Made by a program: the position numbers and the translations under genes. The notes under the pieces were generated by a model. The model did not search any database. It saw only the letters and a list, made by a program, of their open reading frames with translations, and was not told where the DNA came from. A stretch of 64,000 nt of DNA from Ramazzottius varieornatus (lineage: Eukaryota; Animalia; Tardigrada). Position 1 is the stretch's first letter. Each line of letters begins with the position of its first letter. Positions 50,967 to 63,258 of this stretch are shown here, piece after piece. The stretch covers positions 3,737,324 through 3,801,323 of the forward strand of contig BDGG01000001.1 in assembly GCA_001949185.1 (NCBI GenBank). The letters are read 5' to 3'.

Positions 50967-51982
50967 ATGATCGGGCACACTCTGACCGTCTTGGTGGTGG
51001 TCGCAGCAGTTTCGGGTACGTACGGTTGGTCATACAAAAATCAGTCTTGTAACACTGGCGGAAAACTGTCTTCGCAGATGCCAGTGTGAAAACCGAGGGG
51101 AAGTGTGCCGGTGTGACCAGTGGCGACGTCTTGGGACCTTACTACAAGCCTAACGCCCCGTTGAGACCATCAGGTCCCAACGTTCCCCATCTATGCGAGA
51201 ACTTGCCTAACAACTTCCGAATTTTCCTCAACGGCACGGTTCGTATGGCCGACGCCTCGGGAAGTTGCGGGTCCGGTCGGCCAGTCAAAGCCTTATTGGA
51301 CATCTGGCAGGCCGACAACAATGGCGAATATGGAAACATCTCGCCCAGTTCCCCCGATTACGTAAGAATCAGAAGGATATAGAAACTGTCCCTAACCTCA
51401 CCCAAGGTAGGCGGATATTGCCTGGCTCACCGTTACTGCCTTTATTCACAGAGCTGCCGCGCCCGAATGTACACCGACAACAAAGGTATTCGCGAACTAC
51501 TGTACATAGTTACCCACTAGAGATCGCCTTATCGTTGTGCTTTTTCATTCCCAGGGTTCTACAGCTTTTCCACCATCTATCCTGGGAGGTACGATGACGG
51601 TGGTTACAGGCCATCCCATATCCATTATAAAATCACCCCAGTGAATGCAAACAATAAGCCTATTGGGGAGAGTTTGGTCACCCAAGTCTACTTTACTGGT
51701 GGTAAGTCCCGGAATAACTCAGACATTAATTGCCGAAATATTATCAAATTATGTACGAGTTTGCGGTGGCGAGCTTATGCTGAAGAGTGTATCATTTGTT
51801 TTACAGATTACTACCTCAGCCCTAGAGATTCGTGCGGACGATGCGGTTCCGGCCAGCCCTCCCAAATTGTCCATGTCGAAAACATTTACGATATTCAGAC
51901 CTTCGTTGGAAGCTGGGACATTCTCCTGAAACAGCGATCCAACAAGAATGCCGGTCTGGGTGATATCACCGTCTATAACTGA
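50967..51982 (+). CDS. Secreted intradiol ring-cleavage dioxygenase-like protein, 5 exons
   Basis: Signal peptide MIGHTLTVLVVVAAVS. Motifs GPYY, LDIWQADNNGEY, TIYPGRY, RPSHIHY and LVTQVYF; all four Fe ligands (Tyr, Tyr, His, His) are present. Confidence 0.92.
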
Positions 51983-52062
51983 GTGCTATCTTTTCGAGAA
52001 CCCTACACGCCAAACTTCCGCTTGCAAACCAAAACCTTCAAAGCTAGATTTTAGTAAGCTGG

Positions 52063-54647
52063 TCACATGACCGTTTCTTGACTGACATCTCTGATCGGTA
52101 CTTCGTCTTTGCTAGTTGAATTACAGCATCTGCACAAGTGAAAAACATTGATCTGATGTAATAAGTTATCATAAGGTTCGAGGCTGCGCATCCAAGCTGG
52201 GAGGAAATTCCAGTCTCGCAGGAAGGCTGGTAATGCTTTAGGATACCGACTCTGTAGCATGTTGATAATCATCAGGGTGGCAAGTAAGATGAGGACCGTT
52301 ATTCCCACACCCATGAAGACGTCAGGTCCAGCAAGTGTCAGGCCCACGATGGCTGCTGGAATCAGGAGGAATACGAGCACGATGTACACAAAGGCGAACC
52401 ATCGGTATCGCGCCGTGATGTCTCCAAGAGACTTTGCGAGCGAGATGGGAACTTGTCGCATGAACGGTATCGGGTACCAGATGAGTATACCGGTTATATT
52501 AAAGAAGAGATGGCTGAGCGCCACCTGTACTGCCTGAAAGCGAACCCCATATTAGAAACTAGTAGCAAATATAGACCGTCGGAACGGACAGTTCAAGTGG
52601 CGCACGTAATCGTTGTTACTGTCTGCGAGCGTGCGTCACTTGGGAAAACAGTCCCGGCGAATTCATCTACCGCCGTCCCAATCAAACGTTCAGTTTACAG
52701 AACAAAACCTCCAGCTTCAATTTTATGAGTATAAGTGTACGGAACTGGGAAATGAAATACTTTTTTCGTCAAACAGGCTGTACGAGTTTTGTTTCTTACT
52801 GGCTTCAGCGATTGCGGGCTAGAAGCCATGGCGGCCAGCAGGCCAGTTCCGGTAGTACCGATATTGGATCCCAGCGTCAGTGGGTAGACACGTTCGAGCG
52901 AGACAACGCCCAGCCCGATGAGTGGTGTCAGAGCCGACGTGAAAACCGAGCTGGACTGTATCAGGAAGGTAACGGCAGCCCCGACAGCCATCGCTGCATA
53001 ACCGGTCAAAAATGACATCCGGCCAGGAAAGTTCATGTTCAGACTTCGCCTCAGTGCACCAGCCATCGCACCTTTCATGATGGAATTCAGGATCTTGACG
53101 ATCCCGACCAGCGAAAGGCAAAGGACAAGAAGGGAAAGGAAGAGTAAAGCCACCCCGGTATTGGTCTCTGTCATTCCCGTATCATGGAACAAATACTGGC
53201 CTAAACAAAAATACCAAAAAGATAGAGAAATAGTCCGTGAAGTACTCGAAGGTATTTTGAGAAAATTTCCAGTCCGAAATTACAGTATTACATGTTCTGT
53301 TTGGGTCGGTCTTGGTACTACAGTTCTCTCTTATCAAGCTACGGTTTGCCACAGTCGGGTCTCCTTTGGCGATATCCTCAATGACTTTAGAGTTGAGCTG
53401 TAAAGACAATGCGATTATATTTCAAGTGGTCTAATATCATTTCTTTGAAGGCATCAATGATACGTACTTGAATGACAATTCGTGTGAGTGGTTTGGTGAT
53501 GGCCGTCAACAACTCAATGTTACCGGCTTCGTTGCGCACAGGGTCCCAGCCGCTCAAGATGGCCCTTGTTAACGCCGTCAGATAGCCTGCATGCAAAAAA
53601 GAGGCATCTTATGAAACAAGGAAACGCGCCACCTCACACGATGGATCTTCTCTCTTCTGACCTGTCATGACCTCTAATGGCAACAGTATGATGACGGTGA
53701 GCCAGTTGAACATATCGTGGATCGTAGCTCCCGCAAAAGCCCGACGAAACTGATTGCGGTTCCCTGACTGGGTCAACGAGACCAAGGTGTTTGTGATGGT
53801 TGTTCCCACGTTGGCCCCTGTAAGAAAAAGCACCAAGGACCATGTCAAGTGAGAAAGATGGGTCATGGAATAAAATTACCCATGATTATAAAGACGGCAC
53901 GTGCAACATCGAGCATGCCGGAAGAGACCATGGCGATTACGATGGAGCTACTGGTTGAAGAACTTTGCACAATCACAGTGACCAATACTCCGATCATCAG
54001 ACCGACCACTGGGTTCGAAAGGAGCTCGCTTTCCTGGAAGGTTCGACCAGCTGCTCTTCCTACGTGAAAACATACCGCATCACGAACTTGTGACGGGACG
54101 AAACATGAAGGGAAGGCATCAAGGAAGTAAGTGTCCTGTATCAATACTTACCTCCAATCAAACGAAAGGCCGAGCTTAGCAGGTCCAGGGATATCACAAA
54201 AAGGTACAGCAGGACTAATACTCCAATGAGTTTGGCCAGCCCTTGTACCACTCGGACAAATTTTCCGGTTGCAGATAGACCTGCAGGTGAAACGAAATTG
54301 GAGTTACTTCTGGACTGAGAAAAAACTAATGATTAATAAAGATAAAGACTGACACAAAAGGTTGTACCTGACCAAGAAGGACCGGTTTCCGTAAACTCGG
54401 GAGCCGTCCAAGGGTCTTCGTCTAAGATGCCCTCTTCCTTGATACAGACAGAGCTGGAACTTACAATCACATTCGGCCTCATGTTCTGATTCCGGTTGAG
54501 CGAAAGGTTCTGAAGCTCGATATCCATATCCTTGTACGATCCAGGCGGAATTTGTGGGGAAAGAGCGGCCACAGCCGTGTGTCTTTCCACATTCTTGGGT
54601 AACTCATTTCCTTCATCGCTTGTAAAAACGGGGTTATCCGGCATCAT
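52063..54647 (-). CDS. SLC34A: Sodium-dependent phosphate cotransporter, SLC34 (NaPi-II) family, multi-exon
   Basis: Two QSSS repeats ([19 protein letters not shown]), [46 protein letters not shown]. Confidence 0.95.
52593..52650. repeat. Palindromic AAGTGGCGCAC-family element (intronic copy)
   Basis: tcaagtggcgcacg..cgtgcgtcacttgg. Confidence 0.7.
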
Positions 54648-54980
54648 AAGCAACGATCAGTCACTGAAGTATGTTCAATTAGCGTTCAAGCTGAGAACAA
54701 TAAAGGCAGCGCATGGCAAGTTAGGACATGCCGCATTTCTAAGCTTCATCTCACATCCACAGCGTACGCACCATCATCACTTATTGTACAAAGTCGAACC
54801 GATGGTCTGGTTAGCGACAGCTTCTGCCTACCACACCGCCCACCAGCGTGGGAGATACTTTAAGCGGCAAGTCCCTCAGTGAATCCTACGTACGCGGTAG
54901 AAAAAATGCATCTTTAGTCTTTCATTTTAACTTGCGAAATTGTTTCACAGAAGCAAAGGAATAAAAAAAATCGGGCAGTT

Positions 54981-57900
54981 TCAAGAAACTTTGCGGTATT
55001 TTTTGGGAGGAGACGACAAGGCAGTGTGTTCCTTCCAGTACACCAAATAGACCGAGACGATCATATTACCCGGATTGGCCGTCGGGTTCGGGTCCGTGTT
55101 GTTATAGTGTCCGTAATAGCGAATACGGTTCTCCTGGCCGAACAGTACCTGATCGGTAATGTCCAGCGTCCACGGCGCCACATTCTCCCCCGGGCACCAA
55201 CCGTTTCGTCCATACAGCCACGTACCGTGCTGGTTGGGTTCCACCCCGAACTTGACGCGATGGGCACAGCCTTGAGGTGTGCCGGCGTTAGTGAAGATGC
55301 GCGAGTTGAGGTTGGCTTCGTTGAGGAGGAAGTTGTGTGAAGTGACGCAGAACTCGGCGCAGTTGTTGTTATCAGAGCCGTGTCCGGTAATCAGGGCGTA
55401 CGTGGTAACTCGGCGAACATCGGTGGGGACATGGAAGTGGTACGGCGGCCATTTGGTGTTGTAGCTGATATCGAAGGTCTCGGACCCAATGAAGATGGGT
55501 TCGATGTGATCGGGATACAAACCTCCGTCACCTGAAAACGGTTTGTTCGATTTAAACTCTTTGATATCGTTACTGAATAGATATCTGGCCACATACCGCG
55601 CTGAGCCTTCAGCCAATCTAATGGTTCGGCAAACCGTAGATTCAATATGGGGTACCAGGGATCGGTCCATGGGGGATGTTTCATCGTAAAGTTGCAGCGC
55701 TTATGGGATAGCAGTGGAATCAGGTGGGAAGCATCGGTTAGCCATCGTCCGACATGTCTAAAAGGAAGCCAAGAATTCCATACACGATGCCATGCGAATT
55801 CTGAAAGAAGAAAGTCCGCACTCCCGGTCGAAACGCTTGTGCACGGTACCTTCGATATGGCGAAATCCACCGACCAAGTTCCATACCGCACATGGGCGAG
55901 TCGTCACAGCACACAAACAAGTGCACTGTGTGATCCCATTCTGCGCAAGTGCGATCGGTAGCTCCCGGACATTGGAGTTGAAGGTCCAGTGTCATCTTCG
56001 CGAATGACATTCGATCTGCAAAGCATCAGATTGAATTCTGTTCCCAACTCTATCCGCGTTACTTCCGGTCTGATTTACTTCCGTCCCAGGGGATTTTGAT
56101 GTTAGAAGCCACTGCTCCAGCATCCCCTTGCATCTTGGTCCGGTTGAAAACGTTGATGACGAGGTCGGCTTGGGTGGCGACTTGGTCTTGGAGGTCCGAA
56201 ATGAAGTCCATACCGTGCACTTGCCAGGAGAAGAAGTGAAAGCTGGGGAACAGCAACCAACCCATCTCTTGTAACAGTCCCTTCCGATCGATCCCCACGT
56301 AGAAATTATCAGATTGCGTCGTCTGGAACTTCACGTTGATGAAGGTTCCTTGACGGGCGAATGTCATGATGCGTTCGTCATAAGGCACCATGGTGGCTGG
56401 GATACTGAGGACAGTGCTACACTCGGAACCTTGACAGTTTATATCATGAATGGCTTCACCGATGTTGGCGACCACGATCACACCGAGGGCGCCACTGCCT
56501 TGCATACTGAAAACCTACGTTACGAAGTAAGTCAGCGCGATACTGTGGAAGACAAGCGCAACCCAAAAGGCTCAGACGATCATACCTTCTTGAAATAGCT
56601 GCAGGCGCCATCTGTCAAGAGGGCTATCTTATTGCGCACCAGTGGATGCTTCTCACAGCCAGCTCCAGCGAAGACTACAGGTACGGACCGCGAGCCGAAG
56701 CCGACGAACATGTTGGGCAACCAGTCATAACGCGCATCTTGTCGCTTTAGGACTACAGGCTGCGTTTCCCCATTCACTAAAGAAAAGAGAAACATGACTT
56801 GCTTGTTCAAATATTCAATCTTATTTGGATCAACCTTTAATTTATTTCCAAATGAATTTGATTTGCGGCTTTGTTCAGGCCAGAAATTAGTTTGGAAAAT
56901 TGCGGGTTAATCTGAGCACTAAGGTTATTCAGAAAACGCGTTGGCGTACTTCGAGCAGCGCAGTTGGGATCGTTCATCAAGCAATCGAAGGTGCTCAAGC
57001 TGAGTGGGACGGTGGAGCTCTCGGCTTGGAACGAGGCCTGATAGTATCCGCAGTTGTGGTCTTCGCAGCGCCATTCTTTTAGTATATCAGGGATCCAGTT
57101 TCCCAGTTCATAGGCCGGCGTGGTCGCAAAGTGCATTCGTTCCAGTAGGACATTCATTTCTGGCTCGGGTACTCGCAACTGGATCATGCGACCCACTACT
57201 TGCTTCTTCATCCAGTGCGCATCAGCGTACGCCGACAACGATGTCGACAGGAAAATGTAATGCACCAGCGGATGCCCGCGGATGATGCCGTCGAAAGACT
57301 GCGGAGTATTCCATAATGCCTGTAAATATGGGGGAAAATAGCTCGTACAAACCACCCCGCATTCTACGATACTTATGCGCAAGCACACTGCATCATGAAT
57401 TTGGATTTCAAAATTCTGTTTGGCTCATTGCCTCGCTCGTATTTCGGAAATTCTCTACAGTGCTTGTATGTATGTAACTGATCCACCACGGCGAGTTACT
57501 CTAAATTAAAATTAATCGAACACCGGTTTCAGCAAAAGTGTTTTCAACTTGTCTTCGCCAGTTTCGGTAGGTTCGACGGTGGACTCACTTCCAAGAATCC
57601 AGAGCGCTTGTCGTAGGTATGTATGATGATGGGGACATTGGTCAAGACTCCTTGTGGATACCTCAGCGTTCCCTCGGTCGTGATGATGGTGAAGGGCGGG
57701 GCCGAATCACCTGGCTTCAGGTCCCGCGTAGAGGTTCCTCGTTTCCTTCTGCTGGACGCTGAGCTACTTGGATCTGCCATGTGCTTGGGAACGGAGAAGA
57801 TATTCTTGAGCGCCACTTGGTTTTTCCAGCCGATAGTCTGAACATCCGGCCGTTGTCCGTAGGGCACCACGTGTCTGAAGAAGCTGCGACTGGGTGGCTC

Positions 57901-58029
57901 ATGCCGGTCTTGAGCCGGCTGCTGCACTTGCTCTTCGGGTATCAATAAGCTCGTCACAGTTCGCGGAAATTTGATGTTGGCATCCAGAAAGCATAAAAGG
58001 AAGAAAAACTTTATTCCCCAATAATCCAT
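54981..58029 (-). CDS. Secreted PA-domain peptide-N-glycosidase F-like protein, multi-exon
   Basis: Signal peptide, RRKR site and LKPGDSAPPF. PA domain (GACSYFKK..GALGVIV). PNGase F-type motifs CAEWD, ELGRWISPY, ITGHG..CAEFC and GTWLYGRNGWCPG. Confidence 0.9.
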
Positions 58030-58955
58030 CTTCCGTGGAGAAAAAAAACTGGGGAAGTTCTTCCAAAGCCCGGCAGCTACATTCTGGTATGTGAAACGAA
58101 CCCTAAAAATATCAAGTAGGGATCTGTTTAAACATCTAGGCTACCTTTATGGCCGACTAAGCCGCCCCGTATTGTAGTTGCTGTTGTCCGATGTGTTGAC
58201 GGGTCGGTAATTAGATCGCGCCCGAGTTCGTACAGGCGATAAGGCCAGCTATCTTTCATTTGTGAACGTCTTTTTATGAACGTTTACCGGACTGATAACA
58301 TCGGAGACCTACTATACAACGAGGGACCTACTGTGCGCTACTTCGAAAGTCCCACCCAAGCGCCCCATCGTCATAGTAGGTCATGAGTAATGGTGAGACC
58401 GCGGACTAAAGTTTCCTTGGTCAGTCCAAAGCTAGCTTTCCATTTTCAGGAACCCTACTCCCATGTAGCGAGGTCCACAATGTTCTGCGGTTATCGTGAG
58501 GCACGCGGACTTCGTGCAACCCTAGCTGCTACAAGAACAAAACATGGTATATTTTGGCAGTGGAAATTAATACTTCAGCGTATCACACGACCGCTAGCTT
58601 TACAGCTTTTGTTCTGTTGACTGCGTAATCTCATTGTGGCTGATCAGCATACAAAAGCAGTCAGCATCACCAACAAACTCCCTGCGGGAAAACAAAACTT
58701 TGCACAGCTAGTGTTAACTTCCACACGCTTTCGCTTTTGTACTCCATCTTGTTAGACGAAGCGGCACCAAACTTCTTGAATCATGCACGCAATCTACCTG
58801 CAGGCTGCGGTTGAACTCGTACGTTTCCTAAAAACATTTTCACTTACTGTCGCAAAGTGAAACAAGCATCGGGTATCATCACAGCAATCGCTGCCATTAG
58901 CCTCACCGAAACCTTTTGCAACACACACTGGGACTTCCTGTTGTCCTTTTTTACC

Positions 58956-61656
58956 ATGCATGGCTCCGGAAGTTCCTTACTGCATCTCATTTTTGCCTTA
59001 TATATTATCGCAGTCTCACCTGGAAAAGCTACCCTGAGTGACGAGCATCGTTCACATCGCGAACCAAAGTTCCTGGCCGACGACAGCGATAGAAGCATGA
59101 ACAAGCTCTACAAATTCGAGACCATCCCCTGCATTTTCCGTTTCTACTGCCCGGAAGGGTCTTCGAACGAAAGCTTTGCTATACCGTCGGAGGAAGCATC
59201 TATCCGTTCCAGCCCATCAGCAGGCAAAAAAGCTTTTTGGAAAAAGAAGTTCGCCATCACCCATTCTACTAGGCCTTCCAAAGAATTTACCACCACTCGA
59301 TGGACGGTCGAAGGAAGGTCCGATGAAGTTTCAACATCGCCCAGTACTCGTACTGTAACAACATCCTCAACCCTGACGTCAACAGAAGCATTCAACTTTT
59401 CAAGCCAAGGGGAACTCCGAAATGACCACTTGGCATCAACCACTAGTCCGCCTTCCACCCCGTCTTCTTCCACCATCGTGATTACCAAACTTTCAGCGGT
59501 GTCTAAGGGTCAGCTATCGCCGAAGCCAATGCTCATCTATAACGGAGACATTTTTTCTCAACATCAACACCTAACTGACTCTTCTGACGTCTCAACAGTC
59601 CACTCTTGCTCAACAAAGGTAGTCGGGTACTACACTTCGTGGAAAACCCAAAACGTCACCAAGAAAATGCTCTCTTACCTGACGCATGTCTTGTACGCTT
59701 TTCCCGATGTAAGTTCCGCAGGGTCCATCACGCTGAGCGTAGAGTCCTCGAATCGTCTTCGGCATCTGGTTGCACTCCGGGGCGATGACGGCTTCCCGAA
59801 GATCAGCTTGTCCATTGGAGGCTCGTATGCCGGTGAAATTTTCTCACAGCTCGTCTACAACACAACTGTATTTCAGAAACTCAGTAATGATTTATTTTAT
59901 TTAATACAAGAATACCGGCTGGACGGCGTGGATATCGATTGGGAGTATCCGAACGCCACGGAGAAACCACTTTTCGTGAAGTTAATGAGAGAACTCAGAG
60001 CGATGCTGGAAGAATGGAAAGAAGTGCTGCAACGAAAAGAACGATTACTGCTCAGCTTTGCAGGTAATGTCCCTGACCAATCAAGGTGTCAGTAATAATG
60101 ATTAACAGATGGCGCTATATACTTGAACTCTATTTTGATTCCATCCTGATAGTCAGCTACTCAAACACGACAACGATCGAGGATAGAAAACTGACGAAGA
60201 AAAACTTTTCAAGAAAACTAGCGGGCGTAAATATTGAAGTTGTGCTGTTACGGGACAATCTCGCCTTTCAGGGCCAGCCGGAAGTGAAGCTCTTTATGCT
60301 GGATTCGACATCGGCTCCTTACTGGAAGGTGATACCGTCGACTTCGTAAACGTCATGACATACGACTTCTTCGGACCATGGCCCAGCCCGTCCGGCAAAA
60401 ATACCGGACCACTCGCTCCGCTGTACTTCGCCGCACCTGCAAATTACTCCCGGAAGTTGAACGCACATTGGACGATTGAGCAATACATCTGTATGTCCAA
60501 AGCTCCTCACAAAATAGTCTTAGGGGTACCTTTCTACGGTCGATATTGGAACGATGTTGGTCAGTCCGTTGATGGGAACCCAATGTGGAGAGTGGTGAAC
60601 AGCGATCAAGCCCAAGGAGGGCATTCCAGTTACCGCGAGATAGCTTCTAAGTACTCCTGGGACAAGAACTACGCTTTCTATTATAACGATACCGCTAAAG
60701 CAGCGTTTGCCTGGAATAACCAAGAAAAGACTTACTTGGGATACGAGTCGCCGAAATGCGCCGATATAAAAGCCCAGTACGTCATTCAGAATAAACTCGG
60801 TGGGGTTATGATATGGGCGATCGACTTTGACGATGACAACCTCACCCTAACCAAAGCACTCACCAACGGGAATATGTGTAAGACCAGACCAATTTCGCTC
60901 AAGAAAACACAGTTTAATTGCTACGAAAAGCGATGGTGGACTTACAGTGACAGCCCTGCAAGGTCCGGCATGTGCGGCAAGTTGGCTCCTCTCTACAACG
61001 GTACGTACTATGCAGTGTGCGACCCGGAAGATCTTACCTATTCCTGCTGTGGGCGTTGGGGATACTGCGGCTCTGGACCGGACTTCTGCTCGTGTCCGGG
61101 CTGTATCAACTTCGGAGCGAAGCCTGAAAGGATAAAAAGTTACGCTGTTAGACCGACGACGAGAGACGTATTATGGCATACACTGGAGGCTACACCTGGG
61201 TCGTTGGGACGATGTGGACCTTCGGCACCGCGACTTAACAATACCTTCGATAACCGTCCTTCGAGCAATATTACGGTTGCTATCTGTAATCCAGACGACT
61301 TGTTTGGCTTCTGTTGTTCCGTCGCGGGATATTGTGGTGTGGGTGAAGACTTCTGCAAATGCACAGGATGTGTCGATTTCAGTAAGGACCCAGATTACAG
61401 GTACCCGGAAGTACCTTTGCCAGTATTGATACCGACCGAGAAGCGATGGTGGACGTGGGAGGATGGCGAAGACAGGTCGGGGAAGTGTGGACCTGATGCA
61501 CCAAAGATCAATGGAACGGTTGAAGCCATTTGTGATCCGATCTCGCTGACTGCGTCGTGCTGTAGTGCCTATGGGTTTTGTGGAGCTAGTCCTGACCACT
61601 GTAATTGTCCGACCTGCAAAAATTATGCGCTCATAGCGAGCAATAAAACAATATGA
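58956..61656 (+). CDS. GH18 chitinase with Ser/Thr-rich N-terminus and three hevein-like Cys-rich modules; one intron (60064-60271)
   Basis: Signal peptide. Intact DGVDIDWEYP, SIGG, MTYDF and GGVMIWAID. Three CC-x3-GY/FCG-x5-C repeats. Confidence 0.95.
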
Positions 61657-61974
61657 ATGAAGCGGTTCGCCCAACTTTCCCAAGTAGGAATACGTACGTA
61701 CAGCTAGTCGAATTCCATTTCGTTCGACTTTGATAGGTCATGTTATAGACTTCCACGAAGTACTTTAAATATGGAAAGGGATGAACACGTAGCGATAAGA
61801 GCCTTTACAGATCGTCTATGTAATGACTAGTGAGTGACAATCACCGCCCTGCATCTGAACAGAATGTCTATATTTCTGTATGTCTATAGTTACGAAGAAT
61901 AACTATTAGAACTGATATGCTTTAGCAAACGTCGATATCAGAACTGCAATATGAAAGGGGAGAAGAACGTTCTA

Positions 61975-63103
61975 TCAAGATTTCGAGGCAGCTTTTTTCA
62001 AAGAAAGGCCAGCACCAGAAAATGCAGAAAAAGAAGAGGCAAACTCGCTTTCGCTAACAGTGGGCTTACGAAGGTTTCGCCGAAAGTGGAGCTTGCCTGG
62101 TTTCCAGTCGTAGTTGGGAACACCTCTCTGTCCGAGCGTCGTAACATCCACCTTTTTCTTCATCGTTTCCACAAGTGAGTTAACAATGTCCTTCTGCCCA
62201 GTCTTCTTCTTGTGTCCACCCAGTCTCTGTCCAGAACCCTCGAAAGGATTGAACTTGGAAGCTGAAGGCAGCGCGTCCGCATCGACCATCATCGGTTCGT
62301 CCTCCTCGATTTCTTGCTTCCTCGGTAGTCGTTCCGGTTCCTTGTACCCAACTGGAGCATCGAAGTCCACCTGCAAAGAAAAATTAGTATGCTTATCAAC
62401 GTGACGGGAAAAGACAGCAGGTAGACGCAGACACCACTGTGGCACGCCATACGGCGATACCGCCCACGCCACACCACCCATTAAACGAGTGATATGCAAA
62501 CACCGAATGGCGCACAAAAAAAAACCATACCTGCATATCGGTTTCGATGATTGACACAGCTTCCGCTGGCTTCGTTTCCTGGACCAAGAGCTCGAAGATT
62601 TTGGAGTTGTACTCGATGGCAATGATATCACCAACGGTAAGGCAAGCGACACCTCGAAGAGTACTTTCTAGCACGGCACGAGGATCCGTAATGTCCAAGA
62701 AGTCGACTGACTGAGGCTGAAACTTTGAATATGTTGCCACAGGTAGAGAGACGCTCTGGACCTGAACAATCTCTCCCTCGTCAACGAACAGGTTTCTCAT
62801 CATCCACGAAGGCATGTACATAAATCCCTCATCCGCGATGAACTCCAGAACGCCACCGTGAGTAGTCCTTCCGCTGTGAGCGAGGTTCCGTAACTTGAAC
62901 AGCATAGGAAACTGCACGTTCATCTGGCTCAAGACGTGCAGCGCGGACGGTGGTAGAATAATCTTTCCTCCTTTCTCCACATCGGGACGAGTTCCGTTGG
63001 GAAGCATGGCCGTGGAGTAACAGCGATACTCCCGTGTGAATCCTCTACCAGGGAACATATGCCCCATTCCCATCTGATTCATCACATCCTCGAACGCAAA
63101 CAT
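61975..63103 (-). CDS. UFD1: Ubiquitin fusion degradation protein 1; intron 62371-62530
   Basis: [60 protein letters not shown] boxes FEGSGQRL and FSGAGLSL. Confidence 0.97.
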
Positions 63104-63258
63104 GGTTGCTGGAGATGGAGTCACAGCTTTGAGTACGGCAAAGACGGCTGTACAGAACTTTCACAGGTTGACGAAGGACGATGAAGGAACAATCGCAGGT
63201 CTCGCAGTCCAAAACGAACACAATTTCGAATAGTCAACGTGAGGAGTCGAAGGGCGAA

